Positions 19,126-30,743 of a DNA stretch of 64,000 bases are shown here, in pieces. Under the pieces are notes generated by a model. It saw only the letters and a list, made by a program, of their open reading frames with translations. It was not told the DNA's origin and made no database searches. Origin of the DNA: Candidatus Multivoradales bacterium (GTDB lineage: Bacteria; Acidobacteriota; Thermoanaerobaculia; Multivoradales; JAHEKO01); assembly GCA_965223155.1 (NCBI GenBank), contig CBDCVR010000015.1, forward strand, positions 800,001 to 864,000, read 5' to 3'. The stretch's first letter is position 1, and each line of letters begins with the position of its first letter. A program made the position numbers and the translations under genes.

Positions 19126-20610
19126 ATGAAACGGCAACTTTCCGCGCTTGCCGGCGCGCTTCTCCTCGCCGGCGCCGCCGCACCCGGAGTCGCGGCCGAT
19201 TCCGCCATGTTCGGCGGCACGCCTTCCCGCAACATGATCTCGGCCGAGACCGGCCTTCCGTCCGGCTGGGATCTCGAATCCGGAGCCAACGTTCGCTGGC
19301 GCCAGCGTCTGGGCTCGCAGAGCTACGGCGGGCCGGTGGCCTTCGGCGGCACGATTTACGTCGGCACCAACAACGAGGCGCGCCGGGATCCCAGGTTCGA
19401 CGGGGATCGCGGCAACATGATGGCCTTCGACGTCAAGACCGGCGAGTTCTTGTGGCAGTCCGCCCACGGCAAGCTCCCCGCCGGCCGGGTCCACGATTGG
19501 CCGCTCCAGGGCGTCTGTTCCGGCCCGTACGTCGAGGGGGACCGCCTCTACTACGTCTCGAACCGGGCCGAGGTCATCGCCGCGGACACCCAGGGCTTCC
19601 GGGACGGGGAGAACGACGGGGCGGTTACCGACGAGGAACACACCTCGGAGACCGACGAGGACGTGCTCTGGAAGCTCGACATGATCGGCGAGCTCGACGT
19701 CTTCCCGCACAACCTGGCGGCCGGCAACCCGATCGTGGTCGGCGATCTCCTGTACACGGTCACCGGCAACGGCGTCGATGAGGGCCACATCAACGTGCCC
19801 TCGACGGTCGCGCCCAGCCTGATCGCGGTCAACAAGAACACGGGCGAGCTGGTCTGGGAGTCGCTTCACCCGGGCGAGAAGATCCTTCACGGCCAGTGGT
19901 CGAATCCGGCCTACGGAATCGTCGCCGGCAAGGAACAGCTCGTCTATCCGGGCGGCGACGGCTGGATGTACTCGCTCGACGCCAAGACCGGCGAGCTCAT
20001 CTGGAAGTTCGACGCCAACCCCAAGGACTCGATCTGGGAGCTCGGCGGCAGCGGCACGCGCAACAACATCATCTCGACCCCGGTGATCTACAAGGACCGC
20101 GTCTACATCGGCGTCGGCCAGGATCCCGAGCACGGCGAGGCCCCCGGGCATTTCTGGGTCATCGACGCCACGCAGACCGGTGACGTCACCGACACGGCCG
20201 TGGTCTGGCATCGGGGCGGCGAGGACTTTCACCGCACGATTTCCACCGCCGCGATCGCCGACGGCATCCTCTACATCGCGGATCTTTCGGGCTTCCTCTA
20301 CGCGCTGGACGCCGAGACCGGTGAGCACTTCTGGACCTACGATGCCTTCGCCGCCATCTGGGGCTCGGCCTACGTCGCCGACGGCAAGGTTTACCTGGGC
20401 GACGAGGACGGCGACATCGCGATCCTGAAGGCCGGCAAGGGCCAAGACGGCGAGCCCGAGCTCCTCGAGGAGCTCAACCTGGGAAGCGCCGTCTACACCA
20501 CGCCGATCGCCCACGACGGCGTTCTCTACATCGCCAGCCGCAACATGCTCTTCGCCTTCGAGGAGGGCGCTCAAGAGACCACGCCGCCAGGCGAGGAGGC
20601 GTCCGAGTAG
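19126..20610 (+). CDS. Secreted PQQ-type beta-propeller protein
   Basis: Signal peptide; MFGGTPSRN; multiple DAKTGE-x2-W repeats; GAGGA RBS. Confidence 0.88.
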   Translation: MKRQLSALAGALLLAGAAAPGVAADSAMFGGTPSRNMISAETGLPSGWDLESGANVRWRQRLGSQSYGGPVAFGGTIYVGTNNEARRDPRFDGDRGNMMAFDVKTGEFLWQSAHGKLPAGRVHDWPLQGVCSGPYVEGDRLYYVSNRAEVIAADTQGFRDGENDGAVTDEEHTSETDEDVLWKLDMIGELDVFPHNLAAGNPIVVGDLLYTVTGNGVDEGHINVPSTVAPSLIAVNKNTGELVWESLHPGEKILHGQWSNPAYGIVAGKEQLVYPGGDGWMYSLDAKTGELIWKFDANPKDSIWELGGSGTRNNIISTPVIYKDRVYIGVGQDPEHGEAPGHFWVIDATQTGDVTDTAVVWHRGGEDFHRTISTAAIADGILYIADLSGFLYALDAETGEHFWTYDAFAAIWGSAYVADGKVYLGDEDGDIAILKAGKGQDGEPELLEELNLGSAVYTTPIAHDGVLYIASRNMLFAFEEGAQETTPPGEEASE

Positions 20611-20648
20611 GCACGACGAGTCCGGCTCGCCCAAGAAAGACCCGTACC

Positions 20649-21740
<1,092 letters not shown>

Positions 21741-21756
21741 GCCGGGAGCCGGCGGC

Positions 21757-23196
21757 ATGATCCACATCCCGGTTCTACGCGCGGGCAAGCCCTACCGGAG
21801 TCTCGCGACGTCCGTCCTGGGCCACCTCGGCACCGGCGAGCCGGTGGCCGAGATCGGCCAGGCCAACGCCGGCCTCATCGCCCGGGATCTCGGCCGCGCG
21901 GCCGAGGGCCGCCGGGCGCTCGAGGCGCTTTCGACCTCGGAGCTCCTGGCAATCTCGCAACGGGCGGGTGCGCTCTTTGCCGAGGGCGAGCTGCCTCTCG
22001 GCGACGGCTCGCAGAGCGCCGAGGACTACATCCGCCAGGTGTCGGCCACCACCGGCCTGCCCCAGGTGATGGCGCGAGCCAACATGGCCAAGGCCCAATT
22101 CGTCCTGGAGGAGATGGAGACCGTCCTGGGCGGGTTGACCCGCGGGCTGGATCTGGAGGTCCTGGACCGCGGCTTTGGCGAGCAGGACGGCCGCATGGTT
22201 TCGTACCGGCGCGAGACCGACGCCCTGGGCGCTGTCCTCCCCAGCAACTCTCCGGGCGTCCACTCGCTTTGGATCCCGGCGATTCCGCTCAAGACCGGCC
22301 TCGCGCTGCGCCCGGGTAGCCGCGAGCCCTGGACGCCGTACCGGCTGGCCCAAGCGCTCATCGCCGCCGGCTGTCCGGAAGAGGCCTTTGGCTTCTACCC
22401 ATCGGACCACGGCGGCGCCCGCCAGATCCTGCTTCGCTGCGGCCGCTCGCTGCTCTACGGCGACCGCGCCACGGTCGAGCCCTGGCGCGCGGACCCAGGG
22501 GTGCAGATTCACGGTCCGGGCTGGAGCAAGGTGGTCCTGGGCGCCGACGGCGCCGAAGACTGGCCGGAGGCGGTCGAGACCATCGTCGCGTCGATCGCCG
22601 ACAACGGCGGACGCTCCTGCGTCAACGCCTCGGGCGTCTGGACCGCGGGCCACGGCCGAGCCCTCGCCGAGGCCGTGGCCGAGCGCCTCGCAGCGATCGA
22701 AGCGCTGCCGCTCGACCATCCCGAAGCTCGCCTGGCCGCTCTCCCGAGCCGGCGAGCCGCCGAGGCCCTGTCGGGCGTTCTGGACGCCCAGATCGCCCAA
22801 GGCGGCGCCGAGGACGTCACCGGGCGCTTTCGCTCGGGCGGCCGGGTGCGCGAGATCGACGGCTGCTGGTTTGTGCTGCCGACGCTGGTCTGGTGCGACC
22901 AGCCAAGCCACCCGCTGGCCTCGGCCGAGTATCTCTTCCCCTTCGCCGCGGTGGTCGAGCTGCCGCAGAACCGGCTCGTTGACGAGCTGGGGCCCAGCCT
23001 GGTGGTCACCGGCATCGGCAAAGACGAAAGCTTCCGCCATGATCTCTTGACGGCCACCCACGTCGAGCGGCTCAACTTCGGGCGGATCCCAACCAGCCGA
23101 GTGGCTTGGGACCAGCCCCACGAAGGCAACCTCTTCGACCATCTCTACCGGCAACGATCGTTTCAGGGCGTCGGCATCACCCATCCGGCGGCCTGA
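21757..23196 (+). CDS. Aldehyde dehydrogenase superfamily protein, GriD/EhpG/LuxC-like acyl reductase
   Basis: VLPSNSPG, catalytic GRSCVNAS, EYLFP; IHGPGWSK where hydrolytic ALDHs have LELGGK. Confidence 0.75.
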   Translation: MIHIPVLRAGKPYRSLATSVLGHLGTGEPVAEIGQANAGLIARDLGRAAEGRRALEALSTSELLAISQRAGALFAEGELPLGDGSQSAEDYIRQVSATTGLPQVMARANMAKAQFVLEEMETVLGGLTRGLDLEVLDRGFGEQDGRMVSYRRETDALGAVLPSNSPGVHSLWIPAIPLKTGLALRPGSREPWTPYRLAQALIAAGCPEEAFGFYPSDHGGARQILLRCGRSLLYGDRATVEPWRADPGVQIHGPGWSKVVLGADGAEDWPEAVETIVASIADNGGRSCVNASGVWTAGHGRALAEAVAERLAAIEALPLDHPEARLAALPSRRAAEALSGVLDAQIAQGGAEDVTGRFRSGGRVREIDGCWFVLPTLVWCDQPSHPLASAEYLFPFAAVVELPQNRLVDELGPSLVVTGIGKDESFRHDLLTATHVERLNFGRIPTSRVAWDQPHEGNLFDHLYRQRSFQGVGITHPAA

Positions 23197-23212
23197 GCCG
23201 CCCTCTCCGCCC

Positions 23213-24379
23213 ATGATCTCCGCCGCCCTCGAACGGGAGTCGACCACCGACTCGTGGACCGAAGAGCTCAACGGCATTGTCCTCCACGCCGGCGCCGGCG
23301 CAGCCCGGGAGCTGGGCGAGCTGGCGCGGCGGACCGGCGGCCGCCGGGCGCTCCTGGTAACCGACCCCGGCCTCGAGGCCGCCGGCCACGCCCCCCGCGC
23401 GCGCGCGGCCCTCGAGAACGCGGGCGTTGTTGCCAGCCTATTCACCGGAGTCCACCAGAACCCGTCGGCCTCGGAAGTGGCGCGAGGCGCCGACGCCGCC
23501 CGCGAGCTGGGCGCGGATCTCCTGGTCGCTCTGGGCGGCGGCAGCGCGCTCGACTGCGCCAAGGGAATCAACTTTCTGCTCAGCAACGGGGGCACCATCG
23601 CCGACTACTGGGGCTACGGCAAGGCCTCGAAGCCGATGCTGCCGATGATAGCCGTGCCCACCACCTGCGGCACCGGCAGCGAAGCCCAGACGTACGCGCT
23701 GATCTCGGACGATAGGACCCACCGCAAGATGGCCTGCGGCGATCCCAAGGCCAAGTTCGCCCAGGTCGTCCTGGACCCGGAGCTCCTGCCCACCGCCCCG
23801 TTCGAGGTCCGGGCCAATGCCGGCCTCGACGCCATCTCCCACGCCGTCGAGGCCCGGGTGACGGCCCGGCGCAACCAGAGCTCCGACGCGCTCGCGGAGC
23901 GCGCCTTTGCGCTCCTGGACGGCGCCATCGAGTCCGTCCTCGAGCGCTCGACCGCGGACTCTTCCGAGAGGCAGGCCGCCTTCGGCCGCATGCAGTGGGG
24001 CGCCCACCTGGCCGGCGCCGCTATCGAGCAGTCCATGCTCGGGGCCGCCCACGCCGCCGCCAATCCACTCACGGCTCGCTTCGGTATCGTCCACGGCGAG
24101 GCCGTAAACCTCATGCTGCCTCACGTCGTACGATTCAATGCGGAGGGCGCGCGCGAGCAGTACGAGCGCCTGGTGGCGGCCGGCCCCGAAGCTCTGGCCG
24201 GGCGCATCGAGACGTTGCGCGCGCGCGCCGAACTGGCGGAGAGATTGCAGGACCGGGAGGTGCCGAGGGAGGCGATTCCCGACCTGGCCCGGATGGCAAC
24301 TCGAGAATGGACCGGACATCACAACCCGAGACCGCTTACGGCGGAGGACTTCGCAGGGCTCTATGAATTGGCGTACTGA
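23213..24379 (+). CDS. Iron-containing alcohol dehydrogenase
   Basis: GGGSALDCAK, PTTCGTGSE, DAISHAVE, HAAANP...HG. Confidence 0.92.
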   Translation: MISAALERESTTDSWTEELNGIVLHAGAGAARELGELARRTGGRRALLVTDPGLEAAGHAPRARAALENAGVVASLFTGVHQNPSASEVARGADAARELGADLLVALGGGSALDCAKGINFLLSNGGTIADYWGYGKASKPMLPMIAVPTTCGTGSEAQTYALISDDRTHRKMACGDPKAKFAQVVLDPELLPTAPFEVRANAGLDAISHAVEARVTARRNQSSDALAERAFALLDGAIESVLERSTADSSERQAAFGRMQWGAHLAGAAIEQSMLGAAHAAANPLTARFGIVHGEAVNLMLPHVVRFNAEGAREQYERLVAAGPEALAGRIETLRARAELAERLQDREVPREAIPDLARMATREWTGHHNPRPLTAEDFAGLYELAY

Positions 24380-25516
24380 CACGCTCGGGCGCTGCCTCGC
24401 GACGACGGTCGCGGCGGCCGCGCTCCTCTCCGCTCCGGGCACGCAAGCCCGGGCCGACTGGAACCAGTTTCGGGGCGATCCGGAGCTGAGCGGCCTTGCC
24501 GACGGGACTCTTTCCTCCGAGTTGGTGCCGCTCTGGACCTTCGACGCCGGGGAAGCGATCGAATCGAGCGCCGCCATCGCCGGCGGCAAAGTCTTCGTGG
24601 GCACGCTCGATGGCACACTCCACGCTCTGGATCTAGCCGACGGCACCAAGCTCTGGCAGGTCGAGACCGGGCTCGAGATCAAGTCCTCGCCGGCGGTTCG
24701 CGACGGTGTCGTCTTCTTCGGCGACGAGACCGGTGTGTTTCGAGCCGTTGCCGCCGACTCCGGCGAGGTGCTGTGGAGCCACGAGACCGATGGCGCTATC
24801 GCCTCGTCGGCAAATTTCGTGGGCGAGCTTGTCGTCTTCGGCTCCTACGACCAGTTCCTCTACGCTCTGGACCGCGAGACCGGTGAGCTGGCCTGGCGGA
24901 TCGAGACCGACAACTATGTCCACGCCACCCCGGCCATCAGCGGTACGACCGCGATGGTCGCCGGCTGCGACGGCTACTTTCGCAAGGTTGACGTGCGCGA
25001 CGGGACCGATGCCGGCAAACTCGAGATTGGTCCTACGTAGCAGCAAGCATGGCGATTCAAGGCCAGCGCGCGTTCTTCGGGACCTTCGATAACGAGGTTC
25101 TGGCCGTGGACTGGCACAGCGACCGCATCTTGTGGCGATACGACAACCCGGACAAGGACTTTCCCTTCTACTCATCTGCGGCTCTCGCCGGCGATCTGGT
25201 GATCGTGGGGGGGCGCGACAAGCTGGTCCACGCACTCGACGCGGCCACGGGAGAGCTGGTCTGGAGTTTCTTGACCCAGGGGAAGATCGACGCCTCTCCG
25301 GTGGTGGTGGACGATGCGGTCTTCGTACCGTCCATGGACGGCACGCTGTACCGCCTCGACACCGCGACTGGCAAAGAGACCTGGCGCTATGAGCTGGCCG
25401 AACCGATGCTAGCCTCGCCCGCGGTCGCCGCCGGCACGCTCGTCCTGGGCACTCTCGACGGGACCGTCTTCGCTTTCGGAGCCCGTGCGGCTCCAAGCTC
25501 GGGAGCCGAACGATGA
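24363..25516 (+). pseudogene. BamB/PQQ-type beta-propeller protein split by a single-base deletion near 25030 (pseudogene or sequencing error)
   Basis: Signal peptide and WNQFRGD in 24363-25040; propeller repeats continue in another frame from 25031 (SYVAASMAI...) to 25516. Confidence 0.75.
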
Positions 25517-26862
25517 CCCAAACCGACCCCGCGACCGCCGTCGGCCCTCTGTCGCAAGCACCAAAGGCGGACGAGCAGGAGCTGGGAAGCGTCTTCGTCT
25601 CGAACTATCCGCCTTACTCGGCCTGGTCCGAAGGGGCGGTGGGGGCCGTGCGCTCCCGCCTCTCCGAGGTTCCCGAGCCCGACACTCCCTTCGGCCTCTA
25701 CCTCCACATCCCGTTCTGCCGCAAGCGCTGCAAGTTCTGCTACTTCCGGGTCTACACCGATAAGAACTTCGACGAGATCGGCGCCTACCTCGACGCCCTC
25801 GGCCGCGAGATCGAGCTCTACGCGTCGCTTCCGGCCGTGGCCGGCCGCCGGCCGCGCTTCGTCTACTTCGGCGGCGGCACGCCTTCGTACATCAGCGTCA
25901 AGCACCTCGAGGCACTGGTCGCGCGGGTCCAGGCCGCGATCGCCTGGGACGGTGCCGAAGAGATCGCCTTCGAGTGCGAACCCGGCACTTTGACCCAGGC
26001 CAAGCTCGAGGCCATCCGCGGTATCGGCGTCACCCGCCTGTCGCTCGGCATCGAGAACTTCGACGACGACATCTTGCGCGAAAACGGCCGGGCTCACGTC
26101 TCGAAAGAGGTCGACCGCTGCCTGCCCTGGATCCACGACCTCGAGTTTGACCAGCTCAACGTGGATCTCATCGCCGGCATGATCGGGGAGACCTGGGAGA
26201 AATGGCGAGCCACGGTCGCCCGAACCATCGCCGCGGACCCGGACAGCGTCACCATCTATCAGCTCGAGCTGCCGTACAACACGCGCTTCACTCGCAGCAT
26301 CCTGGATGGCACGAAGGAGATCCCGGTCGCCGACTGGGATCTCAAACGAGACTGGCACGGCTACGCCATCGACGAGTTGGAGGGAGCCGGCTATGAGATC
26401 TCGAGCGCCTACACCATGGTCAAGAAGGGCACCGGCAGCCGCTTCGTCTATCGCGACTCGGTCTGGGCCGGCTGCGACCTTCTGGGAACCGGAGTGGCCT
26501 CGTTCTCGCACATCGGCGGCGTCCACTTTCAAAACGCCGACGGCTGGGGCGAGTACATGGCGCGGCTGCGCGCGGGCGAGCTGCCTCATGCGCGGGCCCT
26601 GGCAACCTCCGGGACCGATCGATTGATCCGCGAGTTCATTCTGCAGCTCAAGCTGGGGCGGCTCCGGACCGAGCCCTTTCGAGAGAAGTTCGACATCGAT
26701 CCGATCGCCCACTTCGCCGCTCCCCTCGAGCGGCTGGCCGGCGGCGGTTGGCTGGAGATCTCGAACGGCACCATCACGCTCACCCGGCAGGGCCTTCTCA
26801 GGGCGGACAGCCTGCTGCCGAATTTCTACGAAGAGGCCTACCAAGGCGCTCGCTACACCTAA
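25513..26862 (+). CDS. HemN-like radical SAM enzyme
   Basis: LYLHIPFCRKRCKFCYF, YFGGGTPS, RLSLGIENF, DLIAGMIGET; ATGA-coupled to the upstream gene. Confidence 0.9.
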   Translation: MTQTDPATAVGPLSQAPKADEQELGSVFVSNYPPYSAWSEGAVGAVRSRLSEVPEPDTPFGLYLHIPFCRKRCKFCYFRVYTDKNFDEIGAYLDALGREIELYASLPAVAGRRPRFVYFGGGTPSYISVKHLEALVARVQAAIAWDGAEEIAFECEPGTLTQAKLEAIRGIGVTRLSLGIENFDDDILRENGRAHVSKEVDRCLPWIHDLEFDQLNVDLIAGMIGETWEKWRATVARTIAADPDSVTIYQLELPYNTRFTRSILDGTKEIPVADWDLKRDWHGYAIDELEGAGYEISSAYTMVKKGTGSRFVYRDSVWAGCDLLGTGVASFSHIGGVHFQNADGWGEYMARLRAGELPHARALATSGTDRLIREFILQLKLGRLRTEPFREKFDIDPIAHFAAPLERLAGGGWLEISNGTITLTRQGLLRADSLLPNFYEEAYQGARYT

Positions 26863-26941
26863 AGGCAGCCCGTTCTCGAAACCCTAGACGGACGATCTGC
26901 GTACCGATCTCGATCGGTTCGAAACGACAGGGAGAACTCTC

Positions 26942-29095
26942 GTGCTCAAGACCATGACTTGGACCGCCGCCTTCGTTGCGGCGTGGTCTCTGGCGGTGCC
27001 CGCCACCAACGTCCGTGCCGCCCAGGCCCGGACCGAGGCCGTGGCTCAGACCGAATCGACCGAAGAGGTCGCGGCTCGGCCCGAGGCCGAGTACAGCGAG
27101 GTCGTGCTGGTGGAGGAAAGCCTTCCCTTCGTGGCGGAATCGAACACGATCGCGACCAAGCTGGCGCTCGAGCTCGGCCGGACTCCGGCCAACGTCGGGA
27201 TCGTGGATCTCGAGCTCCTGACCGAACAGGACAACCGGATCCTGGGCGACGCCCTTGAGAACATCAGCGGCACCAATGTCCACACCGGCAACGGAGTCTT
27301 CGATTTCTTCGTCCTGCGCGGCTTCGACTCGATCACCAGCGGCCTGGTCCTGACCGATGGCGCTCCCGAGCCCGAGGCCAGCTTCTACCAGATGTACAAC
27401 ACCGAACGCGTCGAGGTCTTCAAGGGACCGGCCGGGTTCCTCTACGGCAGCAATCCGCTCGCGGGCGTCGTCAACCTGGTTCGCAAGCAGGCGGTTCCGG
27501 CCGACTTCGGGCTGGTCGAGGTGGGCTTCGGATCCTTCGGCTCCGCCGAGAGCCGTCTTGACTGGAACGGCTCGACCGACGACGGACGCCTCAGCTTCCG
27601 TTTGAATGGCATGCTGCGCGAGAGCGACGGCTACCGCGACGGCCGCGAGTCGGAGGTCACCGCGGTCAACCCGACGATCTCATGGCGGCCGGGTGAGCGC
27701 ACCGCGCTCAGCGTCAACTTCGAGGTGGCAAACGCCGACTACACGCCGGACGCAGGCCTGCCGCTTCTCGGCTCCGAGCTGCCGAACGTGCCGCGCAAGC
27801 GCTCCTACGCGTCACCCTTGGACTTCTCGGAGCAGGACATCACCCGCTTCCAGGTGGATTTCGAGCACGCCTTCTCGGACACCCTCGAGCTGCGCAACAA
27901 GCTCTACCTCCGGGAGCTCGACTGGCAGACCACCGGCACCCTACTGGCCGGCGTCTTCCCGATCCCTCTCGGACCGGGCGCGCCCGAGCTCCAGGTGTTT
28001 CGCAACCTCACGACTCTCGACGACGAGCAGCGCTTCGTGGGCAATCAATTCGAGATGATCTGGCGGCCGGCGGGCTCGCGGCACGAACTCCTGGCCGGCG
28101 TCGAGGTCGCGCGCCTCCAGGACGACTTCGCGCTCGACGTCTTCTTTCTTCCCTTCATCGGGCTGGAGTCCCCGCTCGAGACCACGGTCGCCGACGAGCT
28201 CGTCCCGGTGCCTGGCCAGGCCACCCGCGGGCGCTCCACGGCTGACGTCGTGGCCCCGTATCTGATCGACCGGTTCCAGGCTTCGGACCGGGTGCTGATC
28301 CTGGCCGGGGCCCGCTTCGACTCGATCGACTTCGAAGATCAGGCCACCGGTACCCAGAGGAGCCACAGCGAGATCAGTCCCATGCTGGGTCTGGTCTTCG
28401 AGCCCCGGCAGGGGACCGCGCTTTACGCCAACGTCGCGGAGTCCTTTGCGCCACCGTCGCCTCGAGTCGTCGGCGACCGCGAGCCCGAACAGAGCCGTCA
28501 GGTCGAGGTTGGTATCCGGCGCCAGTTCCTGGGCGGCAAGCTCACCTCGACTCTCGCAGCCTTCCGGCTCGAGCGCGACAACATCGCCATTCCCGACGAC
28601 AACGGCTTCACCCAGCAGGCCGGTGACCAGGAGTCACAAGGCCTAGAGCTCGAGCTCGCCGGATCGTTCGGCGGCGGCGGCCGGGCGGCGTTCAACTACG
28701 CCTACACCGACAGTGAGCTGACCCGGTTCCGGGAGGTCGTCTTCGGCCCCGACGGCAGGTTTCTGGTGCTCGACCGCTCCGGCAACGCCTCCGCTTTCGC
28801 ACCCAGGCATCTGGCCAACTTGTGGCTGAGCAAACCGTTTCGGGCCTTTCGCGTCGGCGGCGGCTTGCGCTGGATCGACGATCAGTTCATCGCGGAAGAC
28901 AATGGCGCCGAGATTGACGGCCACCTGCTGGTCAACGGCGCGGTGTCCTACGGCCGGGACCGCTGGCGCCTGGCCCTGAGGCTGCGCAACCTCACCGACG
29001 AGGACTACGAGACTCGCGGCTTCGGATCGAGCGCCGTTATTCCCGGCGATCCGCTGTCGGCGACGTTGTCGTTCCAGGTTCGTCTTGGCGGCTGA
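26942..29095 (+). CDS. TonB-dependent receptor (siderophore-receptor-like)
   Basis: Signal peptide; plug motifs LRGFD and ERVEVFKGPAGFLYG...GVVNLV; C-terminal NLTDEDY barrel strands. Confidence 0.92.
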   Translation: MLKTMTWTAAFVAAWSLAVPATNVRAAQARTEAVAQTESTEEVAARPEAEYSEVVLVEESLPFVAESNTIATKLALELGRTPANVGIVDLELLTEQDNRILGDALENISGTNVHTGNGVFDFFVLRGFDSITSGLVLTDGAPEPEASFYQMYNTERVEVFKGPAGFLYGSNPLAGVVNLVRKQAVPADFGLVEVGFGSFGSAESRLDWNGSTDDGRLSFRLNGMLRESDGYRDGRESEVTAVNPTISWRPGERTALSVNFEVANADYTPDAGLPLLGSELPNVPRKRSYASPLDFSEQDITRFQVDFEHAFSDTLELRNKLYLRELDWQTTGTLLAGVFPIPLGPGAPELQVFRNLTTLDDEQRFVGNQFEMIWRPAGSRHELLAGVEVARLQDDFALDVFFLPFIGLESPLETTVADELVPVPGQATRGRSTADVVAPYLIDRFQASDRVLILAGARFDSIDFEDQATGTQRSHSEISPMLGLVFEPRQGTALYANVAESFAPPSPRVVGDREPEQSRQVEVGIRRQFLGGKLTSTLAAFRLERDNIAIPDDNGFTQQAGDQESQGLELELAGSFGGGGRAAFNYAYTDSELTRFREVVFGPDGRFLVLDRSGNASAFAPRHLANLWLSKPFRAFRVGGGLRWIDDQFIAEDNGAEIDGHLLVNGAVSYGRDRWRLALRLRNLTDEDYETRGFGSSAVIPGDPLSATLSFQVRLGG

Positions 29096-30338
29096 CGTGT
29101 TCGGTCGCGACTCGTACGACATCGTCGTGGCCGGTGGCGGACCGGCCGGCGCGACGGTAGCAACGCTTCTCGCCCAGCAGGGCCACTCTACGCTCCTCCT
29201 GGAGCGCAGCGCCGAGCCGTATTTCAAGATCGGTGAGTCGCTGATGCCCGCGACCTACTGGATTCTGGAGCGCCTCGGGGTGCTCGAGACGATGTACGAG
29301 AGGGCTTTTCCGAAGAAATACAGCGTCCAGTTCTTCTCCTCCGACGGCTCGGCCTCGACGCCGTTCTACTTCCGCGAGCACGACCCCCACCCCAGCTCCC
29401 AGACCTGGCAGGTCTTGCGGAGCGAGTTCGACCAGATGCTCCTGGATCAGGCCGCGGCCACCGGCGTCGAGGTCCGGCGCGGCGCCACCTTGAAGGATGT
29501 CCTCTTCGAAGAGGCTCGCGCCGTGGGCGTCGAGGTAGAAGCCGGCGGCGAGCTCGCACGCGTGGCCTGTCGCGTTCTTATCGACGCCACTGGCCAGCGG
29601 GCGTTTCTGGGCGGCAAGCTCGGGCTCTTGGAGATCGACCCACAGCTCAAGCACGCGTCGTTTTTTACCCACTTCCGGGGTGGGTTCCGCGACCAAGGCA
29701 TCGACGAAGGAGCCACGATCATCCTCCACACCGAGGGCAGGAGATCTTGGTTCTGGTCCATTCCGCTGCCCGACGACACGGTCTCGATCGGCGTCGTCGG
29801 AGGCGTCGATCACCTGATCCTGGGCCGCTCGAAGGATCCGCAGAACACCTTCGACGAAGAGCTCGCCCGCTGTCCGGCCCTGAGCCAGCGGCTCGAGGGC
29901 GCCGAGCAGCTCTACCCGATCCGCGCCATCCGGGACTTCTCCTACCGTGCCCGCGATCTGGCCGGCGACGGCTGGGTCCTAGTCGGCGATGCCGCGGGCT
30001 TCCTGGATCCGGTTTACTCGACCGGGGTCTTCCTGGCGCTGAAGTCGGGCGAGATGGCCGCCGACGCCGTCCACGAGGCGCTCGCGCAGGGTGACCTCTC
30101 GTCCGCGGCCCTGGGTTCGTTCGTACCCGAGCTCCGGCGCGGCGTCGAAGCCATGGGCAAACTCGTCTACGCCTTCTACGACCCCGAGTTCTCCTTCGGC
30201 CGCTTTCTCAAGACCTACCCCGAGTGCCGAGGCGAGCTGGTAGACATGCTGGTCGGCAACGTCTTTCGCAAGCCGCTGGACCGCCTCGAGGCCGCGCTCG
30301 ATGTCGAATCGAACCGCGCCCGGACGGCGCCAGCCTGA
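29085..30338 (+). CDS. Flavin-dependent halogenase family protein
   Basis: GGGPAG, KIGES, WFWSIP (WxWxIP), GDAAGFLDPVYSTG. Confidence 0.85.
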   Translation: MAADVFGRDSYDIVVAGGGPAGATVATLLAQQGHSTLLLERSAEPYFKIGESLMPATYWILERLGVLETMYERAFPKKYSVQFFSSDGSASTPFYFREHDPHPSSQTWQVLRSEFDQMLLDQAAATGVEVRRGATLKDVLFEEARAVGVEVEAGGELARVACRVLIDATGQRAFLGGKLGLLEIDPQLKHASFFTHFRGGFRDQGIDEGATIILHTEGRRSWFWSIPLPDDTVSIGVVGGVDHLILGRSKDPQNTFDEELARCPALSQRLEGAEQLYPIRAIRDFSYRARDLAGDGWVLVGDAAGFLDPVYSTGVFLALKSGEMAADAVHEALAQGDLSSAALGSFVPELRRGVEAMGKLVYAFYDPEFSFGRFLKTYPECRGELVDMLVGNVFRKPLDRLEAALDVESNRARTAPA

Positions 30339-30743
30339 ATCCGATCGCTTCGGAGTAGCTGCCCGCGGCAGAAGTCCCAACGGTCGCGCGCCGTTTGGCA
30401 CGCGCGACTAGAGCTCCACCCGGGGGTGAGCGGCGTCAATCCGAAAACCGCGGGTCTGAGCCCCAGGGCCTCAAAGATCTCGGGCCGGACGTCTAGAAAC
30501 ACCGGAGGTCCTCCACCGTCGACAACAATCCGGCCGCCTGCCGCCCAACAGCTCGGTCGAACTGACGACTCATGAATCGCGCCTGCATCCGGCTCCGCTT
30601 GGGCACTCTCGCTACGGCGACCATCTCGGCCACTATCTTGCACGCTCAGGGTCACTCGGACAACTCACTTCGTTCCCCGCAGGCCCGAAGCCAAGGATTC
30701 CGTTCCGTTGAACATTCGGGGCTTCAATTTCTTGGAGAAACCG

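Noticed and set aside
30396-30412. Sigma54 promoter (TGGCACG)
   Set aside because: No TTGC/GC at the -12 position.
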